Made by a program: the position numbers and the translations under genes. 64,000 nt of DNA from Marispirochaeta sp. GTDB taxonomy: Bacteria; Spirochaetota; Spirochaetia; JC444; Marispirochaetaceae. The stretch covers positions 384,001-448,000 of the forward strand of contig CAXXFF010000002.1 in NCBI GenBank assembly GCA_963676835.2, written 5' to 3'. This document shows positions 37,064-47,150 of the stretch, piece by piece. Each line of letters begins with the position of its first letter. Within the stretch, counting starts at the first letter, position 1. The notes under the pieces were generated by a model that did not search any database, was not told where the DNA came from, and saw only the letters and a list, made by a program, of their open reading frames with translations.

Positions 37064-39479
37064 GAGGATAGCCTGCCTTTTCCATAATCTTGATCAACTG
37101 GTTCTGAGCCTGCTCCAGGAACTCTCCCGAAAGGGTTTTTTCCGGATCAAAGAAGACCGCCCTCAGGGTTATTGCCCTTCTGCCGTCGGCCATGGGGAAA
37201 ACATCCGCCACGGAAACACCGGTCAGTTCTTTCATTTTCAGCTTTCCCGCCGCCCGCAGCATCAGTGCCGCCTGAGCATCCTTCTCCGCAATTACGGTAA
37301 AGTCGAATACGGAGTGAGGAAACCTCGGCAGGGGCGTATAGCTGGTCCGGTCAGGCCGGTCATCATTCTCAAAACTGGAGAGATCAAGTACCAGAAGCGT
37401 ACAGTATCCCTTGGCTTTAAAGCTCCGCATGGTTAGAGGATGAACAGTGGTCAGAAGACCGACTGCAGCGCCCTTAACCTGTATATCCAGGGTTTCGTAG
37501 GGATGCAGCCCGGACCAGTCCCGGGGGACCGCACTGTTGGGCCGTTTGCTGTTGGGCTCTTCAAGGCGGAAGGGAAGCCTGAGAAATCTGAGCAGCCGGT
37601 CTGCCGTATTGGCGGCATCCATAAAGCGGGAAGCCTGCCGGTCGTAGAAGGCCGCAACCAGAAAGTTCTTTTCCACCGCAAAGTCGCTCTCCCCGGGAGC
37701 GTAGCTCCGTCCCAGTTCAAACATTGAGAAATTGCTGTAGTGCCTGGTGTTTGCGGCGGCAGCCTCCAGAAAGCCCGGAACCAGACTTGGACGCATCAGA
37801 CCCATATCCTTGGTAAGGGAGTTCACCAGCTGGAGCTTTTCGCTCTGCCCCGGCCAGCCAACCTTTGCAAGCAGATCCGAACCGATCAGGGGATAGGTGA
37901 ACACCTCGTGGGCACCGGCATTAAGGACCATAAAATCCTGAACTGCCCGTTCCACCTTCTTGGGATTGGGAATCTCCACGGATTCAACCTTCCATTGCGG
38001 CGGCTGGGAAGGGATCTGGTTGTAGCCGTACATCCGGCCGATCTCTTCGATCAGGTCTGCATCACACTCAACATCCTTGGTGGCACGGAAACTGGGAACC
38101 TTGACCGAGTAGCCCCCGTCCATCTCAGTTACCTCGAAATCGAGGGAGGTAAGTATGGATTTAACCTTATCCGCAGTCATGCTGCAGCCCAGAAGCTTTT
38201 CAATATCAGCATGTTTCAGCTCAATTACCGGCTGCTTCCAGGCATCCAGGTCGAGACCGTCATACTCGAGATTTCCTTCAACCTCCGCACCGGGGTTAAG
38301 CTCCAGGAGCAGTTCGAGAATTCTCAAAGCAGTAGGCTTCAGAGCCATGGGATCCAGGCTCTTCTCATAGCGCAGGGAGGAGTCGGTCCGAAGTCCTATC
38401 CGGGTGGAACTTTTGCGCACATCCACATCGACAAAGTTGGCAACCTCGACAAAAACCTCAGTGGTATTTTCCGTAACTCCCGAGTTGAGTCCGCCCATAA
38501 TACCCGCAATTACCAGAGGCTTCTCGGTATCGGCAATTACCGTATCTTCCGCTATAAGCTTGCGGGGTTGTTCATCGAGGGTAACAAACTCCTCTTCCCG
38601 GCCTACCTGGCGGACAATAATCCTGCCGCCTTCGATGGTGCTGCGGTCAAAGATGTGGTTGGGCTGCCCCATTTCCAGCATTACAAAGTTGGAAATATCG
38701 ACAATGCTGTTGATGGGCCGCATACCGCAGTCAAGCAGCCGTTTCTGCATCCATTTGGGGCTTTCTCCAACGGTAATACCCTTTACGGTATAGCCGTAAT
38801 AGGCCCGGCAGTAGGAGGCAGGTTCAACGGTTATGGTAACGGGAGATTTTCCTGTGCCGAATTGCTTCAGCATCTTACCCTGCCACTCCTTCGAGAAGGG
38901 CTTTTTCCGGGGCGCATCAAAAGCGGCGGAAAATTCTCTGGCCATGCCGTAATGACCCCATAGATCCGGCCGGTGAGTAATGGATTTGTTATCAATATCA
39001 AGCACAACCGAAGGGCTGGTTTCCAGGTACTCCGCCATGGGAGTTCCCTTTGCTGCATCGGCATCAAGTACCATCAGCCCTTCATGGTCTTCAGAGAGGC
39101 CAAGCTCATCCTCGGCACAGAGCATACCTTCAGAGAGGATTCCCCGGATCTTTTTCGGCTCCAGGGTAAAGCCTATGGGAAGGGTGGTGCCGATAGGCGC
39201 GTAGGGAACCTTCATGCCGATTTCGCAGTTCGGCGCTCCGCAGACAACCCGGCCCTTTCCGGCACTGCCCGCATCGTAGGATACCAGCCTGAGTTTATCC
39301 GCATCGGGATGTGGTTCTATGGCGGTAATTTCCGCTACAAAGGTCTCTTCAAGCACCTTTCCTGTTTCTACAACTTCCTCAACCTCGCAGGTTGAGAGGG
39401 TAAAACGCTCGCCCAGTTCGTGGGAACTCAAGCGGGGAAGGTCTACAAATTCCTTAATCCATTCCATGGAAATTTTCAT
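37050..39479 (-). CDS. pheT: Phenylalanine--tRNA ligase beta subunit (bacterial type)
   Basis: HPDADKL/VCGAPN tRNA-binding OB domain, B3/4, DLIEEIGR, C-terminal FDX-ACB (RFP..FD). Confidence 0.97.
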   Translation of the reverse strand: MKISMEWIKEFVDLPRLSSHELGERFTLSTCEVEEVVETGKVLEETFVAEITAIEPHPDADKLRLVSYDAGSAGKGRVVCGAPNCEIGMKVPYAPIGTTLPIGFTLEPKKIRGILSEGMLCAEDELGLSEDHEGLMVLDADAAKGTPMAEYLETSPSVVLDIDNKSITHRPDLWGHYGMAREFSAAFDAPRKKPFSKEWQGKMLKQFGTGKSPVTITVEPASYCRAYYGYTVKGITVGESPKWMQKRLLDCGMRPINSIVDISNFVMLEMGQPNHIFDRSTIEGGRIIVRQVGREEEFVTLDEQPRKLIAEDTVIADTEKPLVIAGIMGGLNSGVTENTTEVFVEVANFVDVDVRKSSTRIGLRTDSSLRYEKSLDPMALKPTALRILELLLELNPGAEVEGNLEYDGLDLDAWKQPVIELKHADIEKLLGCSMTADKVKSILTSLDFEVTEMDGGYSVKVPSFRATKDVECDADLIEEIGRMYGYNQIPSQPPQWKVESVEIPNPKKVERAVQDFMVLNAGAHEVFTYPLIGSDLLAKVGWPGQSEKLQLVNSLTKDMGLMRPSLVPGFLEAAAANTRHYSNFSMFELGRSYAPGESDFAVEKNFLVAAFYDRQASRFMDAANTADRLLRFLRLPFRLEEPNSKRPNSAVPRDWSGLHPYETLDIQVKGAAVGLLTTVHPLTMRSFKAKGYCTLLVLDLSSFENDDRPDRTSYTPLPRFPHSVFDFTVIAEKDAQAALMLRAAGKLKMKELTGVSVADVFPMADGRRAITLRAVFFDPEKTLSGEFLEQAQNQLIKIMEKAGYPLKTE

Positions 39480-39504
39480 ACGTCTCTACTCCTTCCTCTG
39501 CTAC

Positions 39505-40548
39505 CTAATACGCCTTGAACTGTGAAGCAAACCGGAGATCTCCGGAACGCAGGTGCCGGATATTGTCTATTCCGTAGCGCATCATCACCAGCCGGTCCCA
39601 TCCCATGCCGAAGGCAAAGCCCGAGTATTTTTCAGGATCGATATTGCCGTATTCAAGCACCCGGGGATGCACCATTCCGCAGCCAAGGGCTTCCACCCAG
39701 CCTACCTGCTTGCAGACGGAACAACCCTCGCCGCCGCAGAGAAGACACTTGTAATCGAGCTCAAAGCCCGGCTCAACAAAGGGGAAATACCCAGGCCGCA
39801 GTCGGACATCAACTTCCTTGTGAAAAATCTGGGAGAGCAGGGTTTTGAGAAAATGGACAAGGTTGGCTACAGAAACCCCTTCTCCAACCATCATTCCCTC
39901 AATCTGCCGGAAGGCAGCCTCATGGGATGCATCGATGGCCTCATTTCGGAATACTTCCCCGGGCCCTACAAACTTGAAGGGAGGCTTGTGCTTCTCCATT
40001 CCCCGCACCTGAATCGGCGAGGTATGGGTTCTGAGTAGATGATGCATGTCAGAGAACCAGAAGGTATCCTGCATATCCCGGGCCGGATGATTGGATGGGA
40101 TATTCAAGGCTTCGAAGTTGTAGTAGTCGCTTTCTATATGGGGACCGTCCAGGATATCAAAGCCCATGGAGAGAAAGATATCCTCCACCTCCCGGCCGAT
40201 AATAGTCAGGGGATGATAACCGGCAGATCCCAGGCCTTTATCTTTAAGTGAATCAAGAAGAGAGATGTCCTGCCATTCTGCGGCAAGCTTGCGGTCGATC
40301 TCCTCTCTTTCCATCCGTGCTGCGGTTGCATCAATCTCTTCCAGGATCTTCTGCTTCAGCTCGTTGGAACGGGATCCGATACTCTTCCGTTCTTCGGGAG
40401 TTGCGTCCTTCAGAGATTTGAGAATGTCATTCAGTTTTCCCTTTTTACCAAGGTAATCCGCTTTTATACCTGCGATATCAGCCTGAGTCGCAGCCGCGGC
40501 AATCTGGTCGGAAAATTCGGCATACAGCCCGTCCAGACGTTCCTCCAT
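39505..40548 (-). CDS. pheS: Phenylalanine--tRNA ligase alpha subunit (bacterial type)
   Basis: YLGKKG coiled coil, HPARDMQDTF, LRTHTSP, YFPFVEP, GFAFGMG. Confidence 0.98.
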   Translation of the reverse strand: MEERLDGLYAEFSDQIAAAATQADIAGIKADYLGKKGKLNDILKSLKDATPEERKSIGSRSNELKQKILEEIDATAARMEREEIDRKLAAEWQDISLLDSLKDKGLGSAGYHPLTIIGREVEDIFLSMGFDILDGPHIESDYYNFEALNIPSNHPARDMQDTFWFSDMHHLLRTHTSPIQVRGMEKHKPPFKFVGPGEVFRNEAIDASHEAAFRQIEGMMVGEGVSVANLVHFLKTLLSQIFHKEVDVRLRPGYFPFVEPGFELDYKCLLCGGEGCSVCKQVGWVEALGCGMVHPRVLEYGNIDPEKYSGFAFGMGWDRLVMMRYGIDNIRHLRSGDLRFASQFKAY

Positions 40549-40559
40549 GTGTCTCCTCC

Positions 40560-40602
40560 AAAAAAAAACGGCGGTCTCTCCGTATCCCGGAGAACCCCGC
40601 CG
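40560..40602 (-). terminator. Attenuator terminator in the pheST leader
   Basis: Minus strand CGGCGG-GGT-TCTCCG-GGATA-CGGAGA-GA-CCGCCG followed by T9, just before the pheS SD. Confidence 0.9.
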
Positions 40603-40626
40603 CGTTAGTCTCTGCTTACACCACGA

Positions 40627-40698
40627 TCAGGCCCGTCCGGGAATCCCCCTGCCCATAAAAAAGAAAAAAAAGCTGTAAAAAAAGAACTGCCTGTTCAT
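40627..40698 (-). CDS. PheM-like leader peptide MNRQFFFYSFFFFFMGRGIPGRA (23 aa)
   Basis: 8 Phe codons within codons 5-14; lies between a consensus promoter and the terminator. Confidence 0.88.
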   Translation of the reverse strand: MNRQFFFYSFFFFFMGRGIPGRA

Positions 40699-40707
40699 GG
40701 TCCGTTC

Positions 40708-40735
40708 ATTATATCCGCAGGACCCGTACTGTCAA
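40708..40735 (-). promoter_or_regulatory. sigma70 promoter of the pheST leader
   Basis: Perfect TTGACA-N16-TATAAT on the minus strand. Confidence 0.88.
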
Positions 40736-40812
40736 GAATGCAGCTCACACCGCGGGAGAATCCCCCGAAACCTCATCTCTGGACTTCCCCCCTTTATCTT
40801 CTCTGGAGCCCC

Positions 40813-40851
40813 TCCTCCATAGACCTTCCTCCATAGACCTCCTGTATAGAC
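40813..40851. repeat. Short tandem repeat TCCTCCATAGACCT x2 plus a degenerate third copy
   Basis: 40813-40826 and 40827-40840 identical; CCTGTATAGAC at 40841-40851. Confidence 0.7.
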
Positions 40852-40882
40852 AAAGGCGTACGCTGTTGAGCATAGTGACTAT

Positions 40883-42268
40883 ATGATTGAAAAATTGAAA
40901 AACTCTTACTGCCTGGTCCTTGGCGGCGGCGGCGCCCGGGGTGCCTATGAAATCGGCGTATGGAAGGCCCTTCGTGAAATGGATATAGAGATTCATGCGG
41001 TGGCAGGAACCTCCGTGGGAGCCCTTAATGCGGCCTTCGTTGCCCAGAATGATTTTGAAGCCGCGGAAGAGATGTACCTCAATATTGACATCCACAAGGT
41101 GGTCAACATCCCCGATGAGTTTCTCCATCAGGGAAAAATCAGCCGTGACCTTTCCACAATGAGCCGCCTCAGCGGCTACCTGCTGGAACACCGCGGACTG
41201 GACACCTCTCCCTTAAAAGCCCTTATCGACTCTCACCTGAATGAAGAAGCTATCCGGAGTTCCGGAGTGGATTTCGCCCTGGTAACCTATAATCTCTCCA
41301 CCATGAAACCCCTGCACTGTTTCCTCGAAGATATTCCAGCCGGCCGGCTGAGCGATTTCCTCTTTGCCAGTGCTGCCCACCCCCTGTTCGGGGCAGCAAA
41401 GATAGATGAAGCAAAGCTCACTGACGGGGGAGTTACGGACAATATCCCCTACAACCTCATGAAGGAACGGGGTTACCGCCGCATTATCGCCGTTGATCTT
41501 TCCGGTATGGGATGGACCAGAAAACCGAGAACAGCAAACAGTCAGACCGTATATATAAAGAACTCCCTCAAACTGGAAGGAGTTATGGACTTTACCCCCG
41601 AGTGTTCTGCCACCGCGCTCAAACTCGGGTATCTGGACACCCTGCGCAGCTTTGAAAAAATCGAAGGTGTCCGTTACTTCATCAAAGCGGATACGTCACC
41701 CCTGAAACAGCTGAGCCGGCAGCTCGAAATGCCGGCCAACAGGGCATTGATAGAAGAAATCGCCGGAAAAATCAGAGGCGGCAAAAACCGCGAAAAGAGA
41801 AATAACGGAAAAAAAGCTGACCGCAGCCTGATTACCCCTCCCCCGCTCAAGCAGATACTCCCCGCAGAGACGGCACACCACCGTTTTCCCGGCCTGGCAC
41901 TCCTCGAATGTTCCGCTGACTGTTTAAACATACCCAGAGACCCCCTCTACTCAGTGGAAGAACTTCTGGATCTGGTGAAGGAAGGATTCAACCGGCTCCA
42001 GGCGGAGCCCTTCAATGAAAAACGGGGATTCCGGGGAATTATCCGCCGCCTGCGGCGGGAACTGAAGAAACTGAACCGGAAAGATCTGTTTCAGCTCTCC
42101 TCTGCCCGCTACGCCTCAGCTCTTAGCACGGTACTGGGAGGAAAAGACCCTTATCTCGCGGTAAAGCTCCTCAGCCCCTTCTTTCCGGAACTTCCGGCAG
42201 CCCGGCTTATGTATACTCTGTTAAATTCACCCCGCAGCAGTTTTTCTATTGACCAGTCGGATCGCTGA
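40883..42268 (+). CDS. Patatin-like phospholipase
   Basis: GGGGARG, GTSVG, DGG motifs. Confidence 0.92.
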   Translation: MIEKLKNSYCLVLGGGGARGAYEIGVWKALREMDIEIHAVAGTSVGALNAAFVAQNDFEAAEEMYLNIDIHKVVNIPDEFLHQGKISRDLSTMSRLSGYLLEHRGLDTSPLKALIDSHLNEEAIRSSGVDFALVTYNLSTMKPLHCFLEDIPAGRLSDFLFASAAHPLFGAAKIDEAKLTDGGVTDNIPYNLMKERGYRRIIAVDLSGMGWTRKPRTANSQTVYIKNSLKLEGVMDFTPECSATALKLGYLDTLRSFEKIEGVRYFIKADTSPLKQLSRQLEMPANRALIEEIAGKIRGGKNREKRNNGKKADRSLITPPPLKQILPAETAHHRFPGLALLECSADCLNIPRDPLYSVEELLDLVKEGFNRLQAEPFNEKRGFRGIIRRLRRELKKLNRKDLFQLSSARYASALSTVLGGKDPYLAVKLLSPFFPELPAARLMYTLLNSPRSSFSIDQSDR

Positions 42269-42317
42269 TTCTACAATTGAAAGGGTAAATAAAAACATTT
42301 TTTTCGAGGAGTTACGA

Positions 42318-43433
42318 ATGAAAAAAGCACTGGTGCTTATGCTCTCTCTCGTCCTTCTGTTCTCTCTTGCCGCAGGACTTACTTCCTGTTCAAAGAAAAC
42401 CGAAACCGCAGGAGAACCTGCCAAGGCTGCAGAGTCTGCAAAAGCAGACCTCAAAGTCGGAATGGTTACCGATGCCGGAACCATCGATGACAAATCCTTC
42501 AACCAGGGAACCTGGGAAGGAATCCTGAAAGCCAAAGATGATATGGGTATTGAAGTGAAATACCTGAAACCCTCCGGAACAACCGAAGCGGACTACCTGA
42601 AAGAGATCGGCAACCTCTATGACGCCGGCTACAAGTTCATTGTAACCCCGGGATTCAAGTTTGAGACCAGTATCTATCAGGCTCAGACCAAATACCCCGA
42701 TGCAAAATTTGTCATTCTCGATGGTGTTCCCCATCCCGGAGACTATTCTGTAGACGTAAAATCAAATACGGTATCAATCTTCTTCGCAGAACATGAATCA
42801 GGCTTTATGGCCGGTGTAGCCGCTGCCCTGCAGCTTCGCGAAGGCGAATTCGGTTTTATCGGAGGAATGGAGATTCCTGCAGTACAGAAGTTCAACTGGG
42901 GCTTCCAGCAGGGTGTTGCCTATGCCAACGACCACTACAGCACCAAGGTAAACATTTCTCCCGAGAATGTTGTCTACCAGGGAACCTTCAATGATGTAGC
43001 CGCAGGACAGCAGCTTGCCGCACAGATGTACGACAAGGGAGTAAAGGCGATCTTTACCGCAGCCGGCGGAGTCGGTGTGGGAGCAATCAACGAAGCAAAA
43101 ACCCGTGCCAAAGCCGGAGAGGAAGTCTGGATTATCGGTGTTGACGTAGACCAGTATGCCGAAGGTATCTATGAAGGTGAAAAATCCATCATCCTCACTT
43201 CTGCAATGAAGAGAATCGATCAGGCTGCCTACGACATGATCAAGGCGGAACTTGATGGTACCTTCCCCGGTGGAGATGTGCTTACCTTTGACGCAACCAA
43301 TGACGGTATCGGTATTCCAGAAACCAACCCGAACCTGCCCATGCAGCTGGAAGCCAAGGTTGCAGAGATTTTCGGCGACCTGAAGGCCGGAAAGATCACG
43401 GTATCATCCGAACAGGGATCTTTAATCAAATAG
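42318..43433 (+). CDS. BMP family nucleoside ABC transporter substrate-binding lipoprotein
   Basis: Lipobox GLTSC; DDKSFNQGTWEG, AAGGVG.G, IGVDVDQ, LTSAMK. Confidence 0.93.
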   Translation: MKKALVLMLSLVLLFSLAAGLTSCSKKTETAGEPAKAAESAKADLKVGMVTDAGTIDDKSFNQGTWEGILKAKDDMGIEVKYLKPSGTTEADYLKEIGNLYDAGYKFIVTPGFKFETSIYQAQTKYPDAKFVILDGVPHPGDYSVDVKSNTVSIFFAEHESGFMAGVAAALQLREGEFGFIGGMEIPAVQKFNWGFQQGVAYANDHYSTKVNISPENVVYQGTFNDVAAGQQLAAQMYDKGVKAIFTAAGGVGVGAINEAKTRAKAGEEVWIIGVDVDQYAEGIYEGEKSIILTSAMKRIDQAAYDMIKAELDGTFPGGDVLTFDATNDGIGIPETNPNLPMQLEAKVAEIFGDLKAGKITVSSEQGSLIK

Positions 43434-43447
43434 TTGAGTTTATTATC

Positions 43448-43483
43448 AGGGGCATACCGGAATCCCGGAGTGCCCCTTTTTTT
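43448..43483 (+). terminator. Intra-operon terminator/stabilising hairpin after the BMP gene
   Basis: AGGGGCA..CCGG..CCGG..TGCCCCT followed by a T-run. Confidence 0.75.
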
Positions 43484-43577
43484 AAATTTTGCAAATTGTA
43501 ACTATGTACCTTTTAACCCGCAGAACTGTCTGTTTGCCTGTTCTTCAGAAAAATCCACTGCCGGAGGCCTGTAGCTT

Positions 43578-45110
43578 ATGGAAAATGTTGTAGAAATGAT
43601 CAACATCCGCAAAGAGTTTCCCGGAATTGTCGCCAACGACAATATTTCGATTAATCTGAAAAAAGGCGAGATTCTTGCCCTTCTGGGAGAAAACGGAGCG
43701 GGAAAATCCACCCTTATGAGTATTCTCTTCGGGCTCTACCGTCCGGATAACGGAAGCATCCGTATTCGGGGTAAAGAGGAACATATAAGCAACCCCACCT
43801 ATGCCAATGATCTGGGTATCGGTATGGTCCACCAGCACTTCAAGCTGGTCCACAACTTTACCATCACCGAAAATATTGTTCTTGGAATGGAACCGAAAAA
43901 GGGCTTAAGCCTGAACCTGGGCGAAGCATCCAAACGTATCCGGGAGCTCTCGGAACATTACGGCCTGAATGTTGACCCCGACGCTATTACCGAGGATGTT
44001 TCCGTTGGTATGCAGCAGCGGGTGGAGATTCTGAAGATGCTCTACCGGGATGCGGAGGTTCTGATTTTTGACGAGCCGACCTCGGTGCTCACTCCCCAGG
44101 AGATTCAGGATCTGATGCAGATAATGCGCAACCTGATACAGGAAGGCAAATCCATAATCCTGATTACCCACAAACTCAAGGAAATCAAGGCAATAGCAGA
44201 CCGCTGTACCGTAATCCGCCGGGGAAAAGTTATTGGAACTGTGGATGTCAAGGGCACAAGCGAAGCTGAAATGGCCAGGATGATGGTCGGCCGGGAAGTC
44301 TCCTTTTCGGTGGATAAAGAAGCGAAGGAAGCGGGAAGAACCATTCTTCAGGTCGAGAACCTTTCGGTTATCAACAGCCGGAAGATTCAGGGGCTGAAGG
44401 ATTTCTCTCTGGAAGTTAAGGCCGGAGAGATTGTCGGCCTTGCAGGAGTAGACGGAAACGGCCAGTCCGAGCTGGTGGAAGCAATTACCGGCCTGGTACC
44501 GTCCTCGGGGGGACGTATCCTCCTGAACGGAGAAGATATTACCGGCAACTCCATTTCTGAACGGATCAGCGCTGGGATTGCCCATATTCCCGAAGACCGG
44601 CAGAAACGGGGTCTGGTACTGGATTACACCGTGGAAGACAACATGATCCTTGAAACCCACGGATCAGAGCCTTATTCCCGGCATGGATTTCTCCAGCGGG
44701 AACCAATTCGTAAACATGCGGAAAAGCTTATTGAGGACTTTGACGTACGGGCCGGACAGGGAGGTGCAACCGCAGCCAGGGCACTTTCCGGCGGAAACCA
44801 GCAGAAGGCAATTGTAGGCCGGGAGATCGATCTTAATCCTGATCTGCTTATCGCGGTTCAGCCTACCCGGGGCCTGGATGTCGGGTCCATCGAATACATT
44901 CACAAACGGCTGGTGGAACAGAGGGACAAGGGCAAAGGTGTACTTCTGGTATCCCTGGAACTAGATGAAATTCTTGATCTTTCCGACCGGATCGCCATTA
45001 TCAGCCATGGACAGCTTGTAGGCACCGTAAAGGCGGAAGATACCAACGAAAATGAAGTCGGCCTTATGATGGCCGGAGTAGAACAGGGAGAAAGCAGAAA
45101 TGAAGCTTGA
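43578..45110 (+). CDS. Nucleoside/sugar (CUT2) ABC transporter ATPase
   Basis: GENGAGKST, SVGMQQRVE, LSGGNQQK, QPTRGLD. Confidence 0.95.
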   Translation: MENVVEMINIRKEFPGIVANDNISINLKKGEILALLGENGAGKSTLMSILFGLYRPDNGSIRIRGKEEHISNPTYANDLGIGMVHQHFKLVHNFTITENIVLGMEPKKGLSLNLGEASKRIRELSEHYGLNVDPDAITEDVSVGMQQRVEILKMLYRDAEVLIFDEPTSVLTPQEIQDLMQIMRNLIQEGKSIILITHKLKEIKAIADRCTVIRRGKVIGTVDVKGTSEAEMARMMVGREVSFSVDKEAKEAGRTILQVENLSVINSRKIQGLKDFSLEVKAGEIVGLAGVDGNGQSELVEAITGLVPSSGGRILLNGEDITGNSISERISAGIAHIPEDRQKRGLVLDYTVEDNMILETHGSEPYSRHGFLQREPIRKHAEKLIEDFDVRAGQGGATAARALSGGNQQKAIVGREIDLNPDLLIAVQPTRGLDVGSIEYIHKRLVEQRDKGKGVLLVSLELDEILDLSDRIAIISHGQLVGTVKAEDTNENEVGLMMAGVEQGESRNEA

Positions 45111-46176
45111 ACTAAAGTTACCCCGGCAGCTTATCGTCGCATTGACGTCCGTCCTTCTCGGCCTGCTGGCCGGAGCAATATTCATGGCAACTACCGGCAG
45201 CAATCCCTTCGCAGGCTACTCCTTTCTTTTCCGCGGAGGACTGATGAATATCGAGCGGGTCGGCAATTCCATTGCCACCGCAACTCCCCTTATTCTTACC
45301 GGCCTTTCGGTGGCTTTCGCTTTTAAAACCGGACTCTTCAACATCGGTGCTTCCGGCCAGATGCTTATAGGCGGGCTCTGTGCCACCGCCGTAGGGCTTA
45401 CCATGGTGCTGCCGAAACCGCTGCTGCTGCTGATAATGCTTATTGCAGCCATCGCCGGCGGGGCACTCTGGGGGCTGGTTCCGGGATTTCTCAAGGCCCG
45501 CTTCAACGTCCATGAAGTAGTTGCCACAATCATGATGAACTGGATTGCCTACTGGACCGTCTACTACGCTGTTCCGGCCTACTTCAAGGGACCCTATCTG
45601 GAAACTGAATCTAAAAAAATTCCCGATATTGCATCCCTGAAAGTTCCCTGGATGACAGAGCTTTTTGACGGCAGTTATATAAATCTGGGACTGATCATTG
45701 CCCTTGCTGCCATTATTGTAATCGGGGTGATCCTCAACAGTACCGTCCTCGGCTACCAGCTGAAAGCAGCAGGTTTCAACCGCTTTGCCTCTGAATATGC
45801 CGGCATGAATGTTCACCGCAACATTATTCTCTCCATGGTTATCGCCGGAGCCCTTGCCGGGGCAGGAGGAATGACCCTCTACACAGGCTATGCCTCCAAC
45901 ATCCAGATAGGAGTTATGCCCTCCCAGGGATTTGACGGCATTGCTGTTGCCCTATTGGGATCCAATTCACCCATTGGGGTTTTGGGTGCGGCCCTCTTTT
46001 TCGGCGTACTCCATTCCGGCAAGGGTTTTATGAATGCCATGACAGAGATACCGCCCCAGATAGGCGATACTATAATTGCCACCATAATCTACTTCGCAGC
46101 CACCAGCGTGCTGATCGAAAACGGCCTGGATGCCCTGACCCGGCGTCTCAATAAAGCCAGAACCAGGGAGGCCTGA
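45100..46176 (+). CDS. Nucleoside ABC transporter permease
   Basis: GLFNIGASGQ, HEVVATIMMN, GFDGIAVALLG. Confidence 0.93.
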   Translation: MKLELKLPRQLIVALTSVLLGLLAGAIFMATTGSNPFAGYSFLFRGGLMNIERVGNSIATATPLILTGLSVAFAFKTGLFNIGASGQMLIGGLCATAVGLTMVLPKPLLLLIMLIAAIAGGALWGLVPGFLKARFNVHEVVATIMMNWIAYWTVYYAVPAYFKGPYLETESKKIPDIASLKVPWMTELFDGSYINLGLIIALAAIIVIGVILNSTVLGYQLKAAGFNRFASEYAGMNVHRNIILSMVIAGALAGAGGMTLYTGYASNIQIGVMPSQGFDGIAVALLGSNSPIGVLGAALFFGVLHSGKGFMNAMTEIPPQIGDTIIATIIYFAATSVLIENGLDALTRRLNKARTREA

Positions 46177-46177
46177 T

Positions 46178-47125
46178 ATGTGGACCATACTTACCCAGAT
46201 TTTCCCCTATGCTGTTGCCTTCACCATTCCCCTGCTTATAACAGCCCTGGGAGGACTTTTCAGTGAACGTTCCGGAGTGGTAAATATCGGCCTTGAAGGG
46301 CTTATGGTGGTAGGCTCGTTTACGGGAGCCCTGGTTATCAGTACTGCCTATCCGGTTTTCGGTGACGCCGCCGTCTGGATCGGCCTGTTTGCTGCAGTTG
46401 CCGCGGGGGCGGCCTTTTCCCTGCTCCACGCTTTTGCCAGCATCAACCTCAATGCCAATCAGGTTATCAGCGGAACCGCAATTAATATGATCGCAGGCTC
46501 CCTGACCGTCTTTTTTGCCCGCCACATTACCGGTTCAGGAAACATACAGATTGTCTCAGGACTTCCCCGGCGAAGTATCCCTCTGCTGAAAAGCATTCCC
46601 TTTATCGGAAAGCTCTTTTTCACCCAGACCTATGCCAGCACCTGGCTTGTGCTGCTGATACTGCTGGGAAGCTGGTATCTGATCTACCGCACTCCCTTCG
46701 GCCTGCGCCTGCGCTCCTGCGGGGAGCATCCCCAGGCGGCGGATGCTGCAGGGATCAATGTCTACCTTGTCCGTTATGTCGGCGTTATCTTTTCCGGTGC
46801 CTTTGCCGGACTGGGAGGCGCGATTATTCTGGTAACCTACTCCGGTGAGTTCAACGGCTCTGTTGCAGGACTCGGCTTCCTCTCCCTGGCCTCACTGATC
46901 TTCGGTCAGTGGAGACCTCTGGGAATCCTTGGAGCAACCTTCTTTTTCGGCTTTGCCAGCACCATAGCCAACGTATCCCAGGTTGTTCCCGCCCTGGCAG
47001 TTATACCCGGTCTTATTCTGAAGGCCTTTCCCTATGTAGTGACCCTCTTCGCCCTGGTGCTTTTTTCCAAGAGCTCCCAGGCGCCCAAAGCTGCGGGGGA
47101 ACCATTTGATCACGGTAAAAGATAG
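46178..47125 (+). CDS. Nucleoside ABC transporter permease
   Basis: SERSGVVNIGLEG, RSCGEHPQAA..AGINV, PYVVT. Confidence 0.93.
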   Translation: MWTILTQIFPYAVAFTIPLLITALGGLFSERSGVVNIGLEGLMVVGSFTGALVISTAYPVFGDAAVWIGLFAAVAAGAAFSLLHAFASINLNANQVISGTAINMIAGSLTVFFARHITGSGNIQIVSGLPRRSIPLLKSIPFIGKLFFTQTYASTWLVLLILLGSWYLIYRTPFGLRLRSCGEHPQAADAAGINVYLVRYVGVIFSGAFAGLGGAIILVTYSGEFNGSVAGLGFLSLASLIFGQWRPLGILGATFFFGFASTIANVSQVVPALAVIPGLILKAFPYVVTLFALVLFSKSSQAPKAAGEPFDHGKR

Positions 47126-47150
47126 GAATGTACATTAAAGGAGTTTACCA

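Noticed and set aside
40549..40745. T-box riboswitch for pheST
   Set aside because: The leader is only about 150 nt from the promoter, no T-box GGTGGNACC consensus is seen, and the leader peptide explains the structure.
40813..40851. Mini-CRISPR or IS scar
   Set aside because: Only two adjacent 14-bp copies with no spacers, no cas or transposase genes and no terminal inverted repeats.
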